The notes under the pieces: model-generated
What the model was told of the DNA's origin: nothing
What the model saw: the letters and a program-made list of their open reading frames with translations, nothing else
The model's database searches: none
Program-made: the position numbers and the translations under genes
NCBI GenBank assembly: GCA_934153945.1
Contig: CAKPFM010000004.1
Location: forward strand, 34,469-98,468
From: an uncultured Bacilli bacterium
GTDB taxonomy: Bacteria; Bacillota_I; Bacilli_A; RF39; UBA660
DNA: 64,000 nucleotides
Reading direction: 5' to 3'
In this document: positions 31,999 through 42,212 of the stretch, in pieces
Position numbering within the stretch: position 1 is the first letter of the stretch
Layout of the letters: each line of letters opens with the position of its first letter

Positions 31999-33157
31999 TT
32001 CTTAATTTCTCTATTTCTTTAAGTTCAGGAATAGTAACAAGTTCAAAACCTTGTTTTTTTATTTCAGTAATTATTTTGTCAACAGCTAATGCACTAGTTT
32101 TATAAATATCATGCATTAAAATAATATCGCCATCTTTTAACTTTTTAGTTGCTCTAGATACAATAGTACTAACATTTCGATATTTCCAATCCATAGTATC
32201 GACTGTCCATAAGACTATATCCATATTTAAATGTTTCACTTTATTATTAACAGAACCATAAGTAGGTCTAAGTAAAGTAGGTGTAAATCCTGTGTATAAT
32301 TTGATTTCTTCATTAGTTTTAATTATTTGATTATTTAATTCATCTTCGTTTAATTTAATTAACCATTTATGATTATAAGAATGATTACCTAATATATTAC
32401 CATTATTTAAAGATTGATTTAATAGTTCTTGATAAGGTTTTACTTTATTACCAAGTATAAAGAAAGTAGCATTTACTTCATGTTTTTTTAAAGTATCAAT
32501 AATTTCTTTAGTATAAATACTAGGGCCATCATCAAAAGTAAGTGCTACATATTTTTTGTTTATATCAAGTACTTTATTATTTATTTTATAACTATTAACT
32601 TTTGCATAATTATTTTTAATATTTAAATCAATTTTATAATCTATATTACTATAATTTTTTCTAATAGTCTTATTATTAGAATTTATATATATATTCAAAT
32701 CATTATCAATAAAGAATGGTAATTTATTAATATAATTATCAAGATAATGAATATTAATATTTTCTTTTACTAAATTATTTTTAATTTGATAAATAGAATT
32801 ATTATCAACTATATCATTAATATTTAAAAAATTATTATTATTTATATCAAAAAAATAAGTTTTAACATAATTACTAGAATTGAGACTTATATCAAGTAAT
32901 ATATTAATAAATCCATCAAATTCATTTATTTTATAATCAATATTTAATTCATCTTTGTTATTGTATTTATTTTTAAAATCGTTATATATATTATCAATAT
33001 CTAATTTAATAATATCATTTAGTTTTTTATAATCAGTGTTAGGGTAATTTATACAAATTAAATTATTATCATTTTCTTCTATAATAGTTGTTATTAATTC
33101 CTTGTTAGTACAACCTATACATAAAAATAAAAAAATAGTCATTAATATTCTTTTCAT
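31991..33157 (-). CDS. Polysaccharide deacetylase (NodB-homology) lipoprotein
   Basis: Lipobox CIGC, VALTFDDGP motif 1, and later His motifs. Its stop overlaps the GDPD start by 8 bp. Confidence 0.8.
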   Translation of the reverse strand: MKRILMTIFLFLCIGCTNKELITTIIEENDNNLICINYPNTDYKKLNDIIKLDIDNIYNDFKNKYNNKDELNIDYKINEFDGFINILLDISLNSSNYVKTYFFDINNNNFLNINDIVDNNSIYQIKNNLVKENINIHYLDNYINKLPFFIDNDLNIYINSNNKTIRKNYSNIDYKIDLNIKNNYAKVNSYKINNKVLDINKKYVALTFDDGPSIYTKEIIDTLKKHEVNATFFILGNKVKPYQELLNQSLNNGNILGNHSYNHKWLIKLNEDELNNQIIKTNEEIKLYTGFTPTLLRPTYGSVNNKVKHLNMDIVLWTVDTMDWKYRNVSTIVSRATKKLKDGDIILMHDIYKTSALAVDKIITEIKKQGFELVTIPELKEIEKLRNV

Positions 33158-33258
33158 AACTTCACCTATTAAATTGTATGTAAAAATTAAAAAATAATAA
33201 GAAAAAAGTAATTACAGTATTTATTAAAAGTTCATATACCATAGTAGGAGGAGATAAT

Positions 33259-33603
33259 ATGGAAAACTTTTTCCCAGAGCATCTTTTAGAACTATTAGTA
33301 ATAAGTATGACTTTTAGTGTTATTTTAATGATGTTAATTCAAAAATTAAAAAAATTAAGTTTTATTACTAAATCATGGCAAGTATGGTTTTTAAATTTGA
33401 TATTCTCATTTGCTATAGGTATACCATTTACAATAGCCTTCTATAAATTAACTATATATGATGGAATATGGGTAGGATTATTTAGTTTTATTGGAGCTGC
33501 AAGTATCTATCAAACTTTAAAAAAACAAAATTTAATTAATTATAATCCAACATCAGTATCAGATACTGTAACTATTTCTAAAGATAAGGAGATTAAAAGA
33601 TGA
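33259..33603 (+). CDS. Holin-like small membrane protein
   Basis: 114 aa with three predicted TM segments and a charged C-terminus. Its stop overlaps (ATGA) the start of the M23 peptidase. Confidence 0.4.
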   Translation: MENFFPEHLLELLVISMTFSVILMMLIQKLKKLSFITKSWQVWFLNLIFSFAIGIPFTIAFYKLTIYDGIWVGLFSFIGAASIYQTLKKQNLINYNPTSVSDTVTISKDKEIKR

Positions 33604-34508
33604 ACTATTTGGGTAGTAGTCGTGTTGTTACCAATCCTTTTTCATCGCATATTACCGCAGAAGACTACGCAGGTGAGCATAAATCAAAAGTGTCAATGTA
33701 TGGAAAGGGAAAAGTTACTAAAATAATTAATAAATTTAAAAGTCATGAAGACAGCATAAATTACAATACCTTTTTAGAATCAAAAAATAATTGGCGAGAT
33801 GGAAATTATTACAATTGTATTTCAATAACTGGTAAATCAGTTAGAATGCATTATGAAGAATTAGGCGGTAATCAAGTTTTTGTAGAAACATATGATAAAG
33901 AAAAAGTTTTATGTTTTAGATTTGCTCATTTAGATACAGTATGTGTTAATGTTGGTGATATAGTTGATGAAAATACCATATTAGGTTATCAAGGTAACAC
34001 AGGACTTGTTTTATCAAATAAAAGCTATAGTGATCCAACATATGCTAGTCATGTTCATTTAGAAATAACGGATTCGCTAGGCAATTATCAAAATCCAAGA
34101 AGTTATGCGGATGGTAGTACGTACACAACTTATGTAGAACAAACTAATGTGTTTGATCCTAAAAAATTTCAATTTAAAGTAAATGTTGACCAAATAAATA
34201 TAAGAGAACAACCTACAGTAAATTCAAAAGATATTGGTGATGTTTATTTAAATGAAGTTTATGATATACTAGATGAAGTAGATTCAAGTGAATATCATTG
34301 GTATAAAATTACAACAACAAGAGGAGTAACTGGATATGTAGCAAACTTAAAAAATAGTAATTGGATGACTTTATATTATCCTGATGAAGATATTAACCCA
34401 GATGTAGAAGTAGATGAATCAAAAGATGATAATATAATATTTGAGTGTAATGAAGAAGGATACTATTATATTTACTTATATAAAGGTGAAAAATTAGTAA
34501 TAAAATAA
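33600..34508 (+). CDS. Peptidase M23 (lysostaphin-like) with a C-terminal SH3b cell-wall binding domain
   Basis: FAHLD...VGDIV...GYQGNTG...HVHLE motifs. The C-terminal part is SH3_3-like (YHWYKITTTRGVTGYV). Confidence 0.75.
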   Translation: MNYLGSSRVVTNPFSSHITAEDYAGEHKSKVSMYGKGKVTKIINKFKSHEDSINYNTFLESKNNWRDGNYYNCISITGKSVRMHYEELGGNQVFVETYDKEKVLCFRFAHLDTVCVNVGDIVDENTILGYQGNTGLVLSNKSYSDPTYASHVHLEITDSLGNYQNPRSYADGSTYTTYVEQTNVFDPKKFQFKVNVDQINIREQPTVNSKDIGDVYLNEVYDILDEVDSSEYHWYKITTTRGVTGYVANLKNSNWMTLYYPDEDINPDVEVDESKDDNIIFECNEEGYYYIYLYKGEKLVIK

Positions 34509-34595
34509 TAAAAAATATAAAAATGTATTGATTTTGCTTTTAAAAAATGATATTCTTTAAATGTAAGCAAGATAGCTTATTTATGAGGAGGTTAT

Positions 34596-34874
34596 TTGAA
34601 AATGTCAAAAGCAGAATTAGTTAATTTTATAGCAGAAGAAGCAGGATTATCAAAAGCAGATGCTACTCGTGCATTAGACGCTATGAATAAAGGTGTAATT
34701 AAAGGATTAAAAGAATCAGGAAAAGTAGCATTAACAGGATTTGTTACTTTTACAGCTAAAAATAAAGAAGCTTCTACAGCTCGTAATCCAAAAACTGGAG
34801 AAGTTGTACCAGTTCCTGCAAGAGTTGCAGTTACTATTAAAGCTGGTTCTAAATTAAAAGATGCTTTAAACTAA
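34596..34874 (+). CDS. hup: DNA-binding protein HU
   Basis: MSKAELVNFIAEEAGLSKADA...; 92 aa. Confidence 0.9.
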   Translation: MKMSKAELVNFIAEEAGLSKADATRALDAMNKGVIKGLKESGKVALTGFVTFTAKNKEASTARNPKTGEVVPVPARVAVTIKAGSKLKDALN

Positions 34875-34900
34875 GAAACTAGAAATAGTTTCTTTTTTTT
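34874..34900 (+). terminator. Intrinsic terminator
   Basis: agaaacta-gaaa-tagtttct followed by T8. Confidence 0.7.
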
Positions 34901-34966
34901 CTTGTTTTTTTGCAAATAGTATTATATAATTAAATTGTATATGATAACTGAAGGGAGAGTGTACAC

Positions 34967-35230
34967 GTGAAAATAACATCAGTAAATGTACGTATAACAG
35001 AAAAAGAAAATAATAAAATGAAAGGATTAGCATCAGTTTTAATAGATAATTGTTTTGCAATTCATGATATTAGAATCATTGAAGGTGAAAATGGTCTATT
35101 TGTAGCAATGCCAAGTAGAAAAACAGCTACAGGTGGTTATAGAGATATAGCTCATCCAATTTCTAGTGAATGTAGAAAAATGTTTGAAGACGCTATATTA
35201 GAAGAATATAATAAAGAATTAAATAATTAA
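34967..35230 (+). CDS. spoVG: Septation protein SpoVG
   Basis: GTG start. MKITSVNVRI...GLFVAMPSRK. 87 aa. Confidence 0.9.
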   Translation: MKITSVNVRITEKENNKMKGLASVLIDNCFAIHDIRIIEGENGLFVAMPSRKTATGGYRDIAHPISSECRKMFEDAILEEYNKELNN

Positions 35231-35258
35231 TAAGTCTTGAAAAAGACTTATTTTTTTT
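35231..35258 (+). terminator. Intrinsic terminator; identical 27-mer to 23743-23769
   Basis: taagtctt-gaaa-aagactta followed by T8. Confidence 0.7.
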
Positions 35259-35440
35259 AAATTTTTATTTTTTATAATTTTATTATTTCGTAGTGCATTT
35301 TTATTATAAATTTTAATTTTATTTTATGAAACTATAGTCATTATATATAATTTAAGTTATAATTGAAGTAGAAGTTTTATTCTGTAAAATTATTTAGAAA
35401 ATAGATTAGTGTAAACTTTACAAATAAGAAATTCAATAGT

Positions 35441-35617
35441 GGAATTTTTAATTTTTACAAAACAAAATAAAGAGAAAACATTTGAAGTAATAGTAGACGA
35501 TGAATCAGTTTGGTTAAATCAAAAGCTAATTGCTGAAAGTTTTGCTTTATCGAAACTTGAAAAATATAGAATTATACAAGATAAATTATTTGAATTTGAT
35601 TTTGATAAGTTTTTATA
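35441..35617 (+). pseudogene. Remnant of a RhuM-family (virulence-protein-like) gene
   Basis: The reading frame encodes ...KTFEVIVDDESVWLNQKLIAESFALSK..., matching the conserved RhuM N-terminus (TVWLTQKQMAELF). There is no proper start, and a stop follows after about 57 codons. Confidence 0.4.
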
Positions 35618-35663
35618 GATATTAAAAATGAAGATATAAATGATAAAAAAGGAGATAGATAGT

Positions 35664-36617
35664 ATGAATAATAAATTTAATGAAATTTTAGAAACAAATA
35701 AATTTGTAGTTGATAATGCAAAACATGTTAAAATTAATTATGATAATGTTGATATTTTGATAGATGAATTATTAAAATTTAATAATGTTCATTATTTAAC
35801 TAAAGTTCCTTATAGTGTTTATAAAATGAGTACAAAAAATTTAATTAATTTTTTACTTATATATGATTCAATAGACTTTTCTTTTTGGGGTAATCCTAAA
35901 TGGACAATTGATGCAAATGGAAAAAACTTAGATGGTGGAATGGCACTTTTGCATTGTATATTCAATTTATTTAATGGTCGCGATAGTGAAGAAGTATATG
36001 AACAATTAGAAAATATGTCATTAGATGAATTTAAAAAAATTTTAGAAGGTAATATAGATATTCCTCTTTTAGAAGAAAGATATAGAATTGTTACAAAAAT
36101 AGCAAAAATAGTAAATGTGAAAATGAATGGTAATTTCTATGGATATATTAATGCAATGAATAGTGATCAAGAAATATTTGGTACTATACTAAAGTATTTT
36201 GATAACTTTGAAGATACTAGAACATATGAAGGAAAAACAATATACTTTTATAAATTAGCTCAATTATTAACATCAGATATTCTACATGTAATTGAAAATA
36301 AAGAACAAAAAGACGTGGATTATTCTAATCTTTTAGGTTGTGCAGATTATAAAATACCGCAGGTAATGCATGGATTTGGAATTTTAGAGTATGATGAAGA
36401 ACTGTCTTTATTATTAGATACTAAAACTGAGATTGATGAAAATAGTGAATATGAAGTTGAAATTAGAGCAAGTCAGATTGTAGCAATAAATTATATTTGG
36501 GAGAAGATAGATAAATGTATTGATAGAATTGATATAAATGATTTTATATGGTGTAAAGGACAGGATAAGACTAAGAAATATAAACCTTATCATCTAACTA
36601 GAACAACGTCTTATTAA
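35664..36617 (+). CDS. Hypothetical protein; possibly the queuosine-salvage Qng1/DUF2419 family
   Basis: ATG at 35664 after an AAAGGAGA RBS. ADYKIPQVMHGFGIL resembles the Qng1 signature. Confidence 0.4.
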   Translation: MNNKFNEILETNKFVVDNAKHVKINYDNVDILIDELLKFNNVHYLTKVPYSVYKMSTKNLINFLLIYDSIDFSFWGNPKWTIDANGKNLDGGMALLHCIFNLFNGRDSEEVYEQLENMSLDEFKKILEGNIDIPLLEERYRIVTKIAKIVNVKMNGNFYGYINAMNSDQEIFGTILKYFDNFEDTRTYEGKTIYFYKLAQLLTSDILHVIENKEQKDVDYSNLLGCADYKIPQVMHGFGILEYDEELSLLLDTKTEIDENSEYEVEIRASQIVAINYIWEKIDKCIDRIDINDFIWCKGQDKTKKYKPYHLTRTTSY

Positions 36618-36717
36618 AATCTAATTTACTAATTTTTAACTATTTAAATTGTATTTAGGTGTATCCTTAATACTAAGTTGGCAATACTTTTCGTGTTGTA
36701 CTATTTTTTTAATTCTA

Positions 36718-36742
36718 AAACTGATTAAAATATCAGTTTTTT
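36718..36742 (+). terminator. Intrinsic terminator
   Basis: aaactgat-taaaat-atcagttt followed by a T-run. Confidence 0.6.
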
Positions 36743-36766
36743 AAATAATTAAAAAATTTTTATTTT

Positions 36767-36840
36767 TTAGCACTCATATATTGACAATGCTAACATATAA
36801 TACTATAATGTAGATAGCACTTAAGAAGAATAAGTGCTAA
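36767..36840 (+). promoter_or_regulatory. hrcA operon promoter with two CIRCE-like inverted repeats
   Basis: TTGACA (36781-36786), 17 nt, TATAAT (36804-36809). CIRCE-like TTAGCACTC-N9-CAATGCTAA (36767-36793) overlaps the -35. ATAGCACTT-N9-AAGTGCTAA (36814-36840) lies just downstream of the -10. Confidence 0.7.
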
Positions 36841-36851
36841 GAGGTGATTTA

Positions 36852-37853
36852 GTGATTAATAAAAGACAAACAGAAATATTAAAAATGATTGTTGAAGAAT
36901 ATATTAAAACAGCTCGTCCAATAGGTTCTAAAGCTATATGTGAATCATTAAATTGTTCTAGTGCCACAGTAAGAAATGAAATGAGTGAGCTAGAAGATTT
37001 AGGATTACTAGAAAAGACACATATTTCTTCAGGTAGAGTTCCAAGTGAAAAAGGATATAGATATTATGTTGATAATATAATGAAACCAAAAGAATTAACT
37101 GGAGAAGATATGTTAAATCTACAAACAATATTCCAAAATCAATCACTTGCGCTAAGTGACGTAATAATTAAAAGTATGGAAATTGTGTCAGAACTTACAA
37201 ATTATACTTCTATTGTACTAGGTAGTAGTAGTAATCAAAATAAAATAAGTAAAGTAGAAGTAGTACCAATAAGTGAAAAAAATCTAGTCGCAATAGTTAT
37301 AACTGACACAGGTCATGTAGAACATAGAAATATGCAATTGGAAGAAAGAGTTTCATTAAGTGAAATAAAACAAACAGTAGATTTAATAAATAAATTTATA
37401 ATAGGTACACCTCTTAATGAAGTTAGCATGAAGTTAGAATATGAAGTAAAACCTAAAATAGCTTCATCGCTAAAAGAACAACAAGCAATATATGAAGCAT
37501 TATACAATGCATTTAATGAATTTAAAACAGAAGAAGAAAATATGGTAAAGGTAAATAAACCAAGTAATATATTAAGAGAACCAGAATTTGATGATACAAG
37601 TAAAATGCGTTCTATATTGAAAAAGTTTGAAGACAAAGAATTGATCAAAAATATTGAAGAACAAGATAGTGGTATTAATGTTTATATTGGTAGTGAGTCA
37701 GAATTTGATGATGATGTATCAATAATAAAAACAAAATACAATATCGATGGAGAAGAGGGAACTATCGCTTTAATAGGCCCAAAAAGAATGGAATATGATA
37801 GAGTAATGACTCTTCTAAAATATATTAAAGATAATATAGAAGAAAATGAATAA
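36852..37853 (+). CDS. hrcA: Heat-inducible transcription repressor HrcA
   Basis: GTG at 36852 after an AAGAGGTGA RBS. INKRQTEILKMIVEEYIKTARPIGSKAI aligns to the HrcA N-terminus. Confidence 0.9.
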   Translation: MINKRQTEILKMIVEEYIKTARPIGSKAICESLNCSSATVRNEMSELEDLGLLEKTHISSGRVPSEKGYRYYVDNIMKPKELTGEDMLNLQTIFQNQSLALSDVIIKSMEIVSELTNYTSIVLGSSSNQNKISKVEVVPISEKNLVAIVITDTGHVEHRNMQLEERVSLSEIKQTVDLINKFIIGTPLNEVSMKLEYEVKPKIASSLKEQQAIYEALYNAFNEFKTEEENMVKVNKPSNILREPEFDDTSKMRSILKKFEDKELIKNIEEQDSGINVYIGSESEFDDDVSIIKTKYNIDGEEGTIALIGPKRMEYDRVMTLLKYIKDNIEENE

Positions 37854-37889
37854 AATTAATTATTTGAATAATAATTAAATGGAGGTAAC

Positions 37890-38531
37890 ATGGAAGAAAA
37901 AGAAATACATAATGAGGAACAAAATTGTAATTGTGATGAATCATGTGAATGTAAAGATTGCAATTGCAATGAAGCATGTGAATGCAAAGAATGTGAATGT
38001 GATTCATGCAATTGTGATGAATTAGAGCATAAACACGAGAAACATGAAAAACATGATAACAAAAAAATAAAAAAACTAGAAAATAAAATAGATGAATTAG
38101 AAAAAAAACTAAAAGAATCAGAAAATAAAGTCCTTTTAGCAAAAGCAGATTCTATTAATTATAGAAAAAGAAAAGATGAAGATGTAATGCGTATTATGAA
38201 ATATGCAAATGAGGATATTGTAACAGAAATGTTGATAATTATTGATAATTTTGAAAGTGCTATCAAAATGGATGATGATAATTTAGATGATGAAGTTTCT
38301 AAATTTTTATCAGGATTTAAAATGATTTATTGCAATTTAGTTACTGTTTTAGAACGATTTGATGTCAAGGCAATTGATGGAGCCAATAAACCATTTGATC
38401 CAACTTATCATCAGGCAGTTATGACTGAAAAATGTGATATGGCTCCTGGTATGGTAATAGAAGTCCTTAGAAAAGGATATATATTAAAAGATAAAGTAAT
38501 TAGACCAGCTATGGTCAAAGTTAGTGAATAA
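37890..38531 (+). CDS. grpE: Nucleotide exchange factor GrpE with a Cys/His-rich N-terminal extension
   Basis: C-terminal GrpE core. Residues 13-45 read NCNCDESCECKDCNCNEACECKECECDSCNCDE, followed by HKHEKHEKH. Confidence 0.9.
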   Translation: MEEKEIHNEEQNCNCDESCECKDCNCNEACECKECECDSCNCDELEHKHEKHEKHDNKKIKKLENKIDELEKKLKESENKVLLAKADSINYRKRKDEDVMRIMKYANEDIVTEMLIIIDNFESAIKMDDDNLDDEVSKFLSGFKMIYCNLVTVLERFDVKAIDGANKPFDPTYHQAVMTEKCDMAPGMVIEVLRKGYILKDKVIRPAMVKVSE

Positions 38532-38546
38532 GGAAAGGTGATAAAT

Positions 38547-40370
38547 ATGAGTAAAATAATAGGTATTGATTTAGGTACAACAAATAGTTGTGTTGCTGTA
38601 CATGAAGGTGGAGAAACAAAAGTAATTGCAAATGCAGAAGGAAATCGTACAACTCCATCTGTAGTAGCATTTGGAAAAGATGGAGAAATCATTGTTGGTT
38701 TGAAAGCTAAAAATCAAATGATTACAAATCCAAATGTTGTATATTCTATAAAAAGAGATATGGGAACTGACAAAAAAGTTCATATCAATGGTAAGGATTA
38801 TACACCACAAGAAATTTCAGCAATGATTTTAAGTGATTTAAAGAAAACAGCAGAAGATTATTTAGGAGAAAAAGTAACAAAAGCAGTTATTACTGTTCCT
38901 GCTTACTTTAATGATTCACAAAGACAAGCTACAAAAGATGCAGGTAAAATTGCAGGACTTGAAGTAGAAAGAATTATCAATGAACCAACAGCTGCAGCTT
39001 TAGCTTATGGCCTTGATAAACAAGATAAAAATGAAAAAGTTCTTGTATATGATTTAGGTGGAGGTACATTTGATGTATCCATTCTAGAACTTGGTGATGG
39101 TGTATTTGAAGTATTATCAACTAGTGGTAACAACCATTTAGGTGGTGATGATTTTGATCAAAGAATTATGGATTATTTAGTTAATGAATTTAAACGTGAG
39201 AATGGTATCGACTTGTCTAATGATAAAATGGCTATGCAAAGAGTAAAAGATGCTGCTGAAAAAGCTAAAAAAGACTTAAGTGGTATGACTTCAACAGAAG
39301 TATCTATTCCATTTATTACACAAAGCGAAGCAGGACCATTACACTTATCTGTTACTTTGACAAGAGCAAAATTTGAAGATTTAATTGGCGATTTATTAGA
39401 TTCTACTTTAGAACCAGTAAGAAAAGCATTAAAAGATGCTAATTTAACTAAAAATGATATTGATAAAGTATTATTAGTTGGTGGATCTACACGTATTCCA
39501 AAAGTAGTAGATTTAATAAAAAATGAATTAGGAAAAGAACCATCAAAAGGAGTAAATCCTGATGAAGTAGTTGCTATGGGAGCTGCTATTCAAGGTGGTG
39601 TATTAACAGGTGAAGTAGAAGATATAGTTTTACTAGATGTAACACCATTATCACTTGGTATTGAAACTTTAGGAAATGTAATGACAGTGTTAATTCCAAG
39701 AAATACAACAATTCCAACAAGTAAATCACAAGTATTCTCAACAGCTGCAGATAATCAACCTGCTGTAGACATTCATGTATTACAAGGTGAAAGAACAATG
39801 GCTGCAGATAACAAAACTTTAGGAAGATTCCAATTAACAAATATTCCTGCTGCTCCTAGAGGGGTTCCACAAATTGAAGTTACATTTGATATAGATGCCA
39901 ATGGTATTGTTAATGTAAAAGCTAAAGATTTAGGAACTAGTAAAGAACAATCTATCACAATTACTTCTTCAACTAACTTAAGTGATGAAGAAATTGATAA
40001 AATGGTAAAAGAAGCAGAAGCAAATAGAGCTGCTGATGAAAAACGTAAAGAAGAAGCAGATACTAAAAATGAAGCAGAACAAATGATATTTACTTGTGAA
40101 AAATCATTAAAAGATTTAGGAGATAAAATATCAGATTCTGAAAAGAAAGAAGCAGAAGAACAAATTAAAGATTTAAAAGATGCTCTAGAAAAAGATAACT
40201 TAGAAGATATTAAAACTAAAAAAGATAAATTACAAGAAACAGCTTATAAATTTGCTGCTAAAGTATATGAAGAAGCATCTAAAAATGCTCAAACTGAAGA
40301 AAATAAAGAAACATCAAATGATAAAAAAGATGATGATGTTATTGATGCAGAATTCGAAGAAGGTAAATAA
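38547..40370 (+). CDS. dnaK: Chaperone DnaK
   Basis: [22 protein letters not shown]. 607 aa from the ATG at 38547. Confidence 0.97.
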   Translation: MSKIIGIDLGTTNSCVAVHEGGETKVIANAEGNRTTPSVVAFGKDGEIIVGLKAKNQMITNPNVVYSIKRDMGTDKKVHINGKDYTPQEISAMILSDLKKTAEDYLGEKVTKAVITVPAYFNDSQRQATKDAGKIAGLEVERIINEPTAAALAYGLDKQDKNEKVLVYDLGGGTFDVSILELGDGVFEVLSTSGNNHLGGDDFDQRIMDYLVNEFKRENGIDLSNDKMAMQRVKDAAEKAKKDLSGMTSTEVSIPFITQSEAGPLHLSVTLTRAKFEDLIGDLLDSTLEPVRKALKDANLTKNDIDKVLLVGGSTRIPKVVDLIKNELGKEPSKGVNPDEVVAMGAAIQGGVLTGEVEDIVLLDVTPLSLGIETLGNVMTVLIPRNTTIPTSKSQVFSTAADNQPAVDIHVLQGERTMAADNKTLGRFQLTNIPAAPRGVPQIEVTFDIDANGIVNVKAKDLGTSKEQSITITSSTNLSDEEIDKMVKEAEANRAADEKRKEEADTKNEAEQMIFTCEKSLKDLGDKISDSEKKEAEEQIKDLKDALEKDNLEDIKTKKDKLQETAYKFAAKVYEEASKNAQTEENKETSNDKKDDDVIDAEFEEGK

Positions 40371-40374
40371 TATA

Positions 40375-40398
40375 GAAGTTCTAGGTGACTAGGACTTC
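40375..40398 (+). other. Strong 10-bp hairpin (GTGA loop) right after dnaK, with no U-run
   Basis: gaagttctag-gtga-ctaggacttc with one G-U pair. May be an mRNA stability or processing element. Confidence 0.4.
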
Positions 40399-40420
40399 TC
40401 ACTTTAATAAAGGAGAATAT

Positions 40421-42208
40421 ATGGAAAAACAAAAACTAAGAGATGAAGTAAGTAATGATTATAAATGGGATTTAACAAAAATATATAAAACAGACGAAGA
40501 ATGGAATAATGATTATCAAAAATTAGAAAGTGAAATAACAAAGATAAAAGACTATACTAATTTTATAGAAAGTTCAGAAAATTTATATAAGTTTTTAACT
40601 TTTAATGAAAAGATAGAAAGATTATTAAATAAATTATATTACTATGCACATTTAAACTTTGATGTTGATACTTTAAATGATAAATATCAAGAAATGAATC
40701 AAAAAATGGTAGATATGTTAGACTATTTTAATGAACTTACTTCATTTGTTATTCCAACATTTTTAAAAATAGATTATAGCAAAATACAACAATATATAAA
40801 TGAATTACCATCTTTAAAAGAATATGAATTTACTCTAGAACAAATATATAGAGAAAAAGAGCATACATTAGATGAAGAAAAAGAACATATGCTGGCACTT
40901 CTAGGTAAAAATTTATCAAATCCAGGATCTACATTTGAAGCACTAACAGATTCAGATTTAACGTTTGGTAATATAACAGTAGATGGTAAAGAAGTAGAAT
41001 TAACTGAAAGTAATTATGGAAAATATATTTCTTCATTTGATAGAGATATAAGAAAAAAAGTATTTGAAAGATTATTTACAACCTATAGCAATTTTAAAAC
41101 AACTATAACTTCAATATATAATGGAGATATAGATGCCAATATAAGTGTAGCTAAAATAAGAAATTTTAATAGTGCATTAGAAGCCTCTTTATATAATGAT
41201 AATATAGAAAAAACAGTATATGAAAATTTAATTAAAACAGTACATAATAATTTAAATGTTTTATATGATTATTATGATTTAAAGAAAAAAGTTTTAAATT
41301 TAGATGAATTACATATATATGATATTTATACACCAATGATTAAAGTTGATAAACAAGATTATAGTTTTGAAGAAGCTAAAAATTTAGTATTAGATACAAT
41401 AAGTATATTTGGTGAAGAATATAAAGAAAATGCATTAAAAGCATTCAATGAAAAATGGATTGATGTATATAATAATAAAGGTAAAAGATCAGGAGCATAT
41501 TCTTCAGGATTCTATGATACAGCGCCTTATATGTTATTAAATTTTGAAAATAGAATAAATGATGTATTTACTTTAGCTCATGAATTAGGTCATTCAATGC
41601 ATACTTATTTTTCTTGTAAAAATAATTCATATAATAATTCAGGCTATAAAATTTTTGTAGCTGAGGTTGCTTCAACAGTAAATGAATTATTACTAGCAAA
41701 AAACTTATTAAAAAAATCTAATTCAAAAGAAGAAAAATTAAATATATTAAATAGATTATTGGAATTATTTAAATCAACTATATATAGACAAACTATGTTT
41801 GCTGAATTTGAAAAGAAAATATATGAATTAAGAGAAAGTGGTAATGTTTTAACAAGTGAAACAATTTGTAAAGAATATTATGAATTAAATAAACTATATT
41901 TTGGTAATAATGTAGTAGTAGATGATTTAATTAAATATGAATGGGAAAGAATACCACATTTCTATTATAATTTCTATGTATATAAATATGCTACTGGGTT
42001 ATCAGCTGCATGTTATATAGTAAAAAATATACTAGATAATAAAGGAAATGCTAAAGAAAACTATTTAAAATTCTTAAAATCAGGTGGAAGCATGTATCCT
42101 TTGGATGAGCTTAAATTAGCTGGTGTAGATATGAATAAGCCTGAAGTAGTAGAGAGTGCTATAAGCATGTTTAAGGAAACAATAGAAGAATTTAAAACAT
42201 TAATTTAA
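40421..42208 (+). CDS. pepF: Oligoendopeptidase F (M3B family)
   Basis: ATG at 40421 after an AAAGGAGA RBS. Zinc motif HELGHSMH. About 595 aa. Confidence 0.85.
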   Translation: MEKQKLRDEVSNDYKWDLTKIYKTDEEWNNDYQKLESEITKIKDYTNFIESSENLYKFLTFNEKIERLLNKLYYYAHLNFDVDTLNDKYQEMNQKMVDMLDYFNELTSFVIPTFLKIDYSKIQQYINELPSLKEYEFTLEQIYREKEHTLDEEKEHMLALLGKNLSNPGSTFEALTDSDLTFGNITVDGKEVELTESNYGKYISSFDRDIRKKVFERLFTTYSNFKTTITSIYNGDIDANISVAKIRNFNSALEASLYNDNIEKTVYENLIKTVHNNLNVLYDYYDLKKKVLNLDELHIYDIYTPMIKVDKQDYSFEEAKNLVLDTISIFGEEYKENALKAFNEKWIDVYNNKGKRSGAYSSGFYDTAPYMLLNFENRINDVFTLAHELGHSMHTYFSCKNNSYNNSGYKIFVAEVASTVNELLLAKNLLKKSNSKEEKLNILNRLLELFKSTIYRQTMFAEFEKKIYELRESGNVLTSETICKEYYELNKLYFGNNVVVDDLIKYEWERIPHFYYNFYVYKYATGLSAACYIVKNILDNKGNAKENYLKFLKSGGSMYPLDELKLAGVDMNKPEVVESAISMFKETIEEFKTLI

Positions 42209-42212
42209 GGAA

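Noticed and set aside
33259-34508. Prophage interpretation of the holin and M23 pair
   Set aside because: There is no integrase, repressor, terminase, capsid or tail gene, and no att-like repeats, within 15 kb on either side. The flanks are core genes.
36697-36712. Second terminator-like T7 run before the hrcA promoter (ctattttttt)
   Set aside because: No convincing stem precedes it. The real terminator is the hairpin at 36718-36742.
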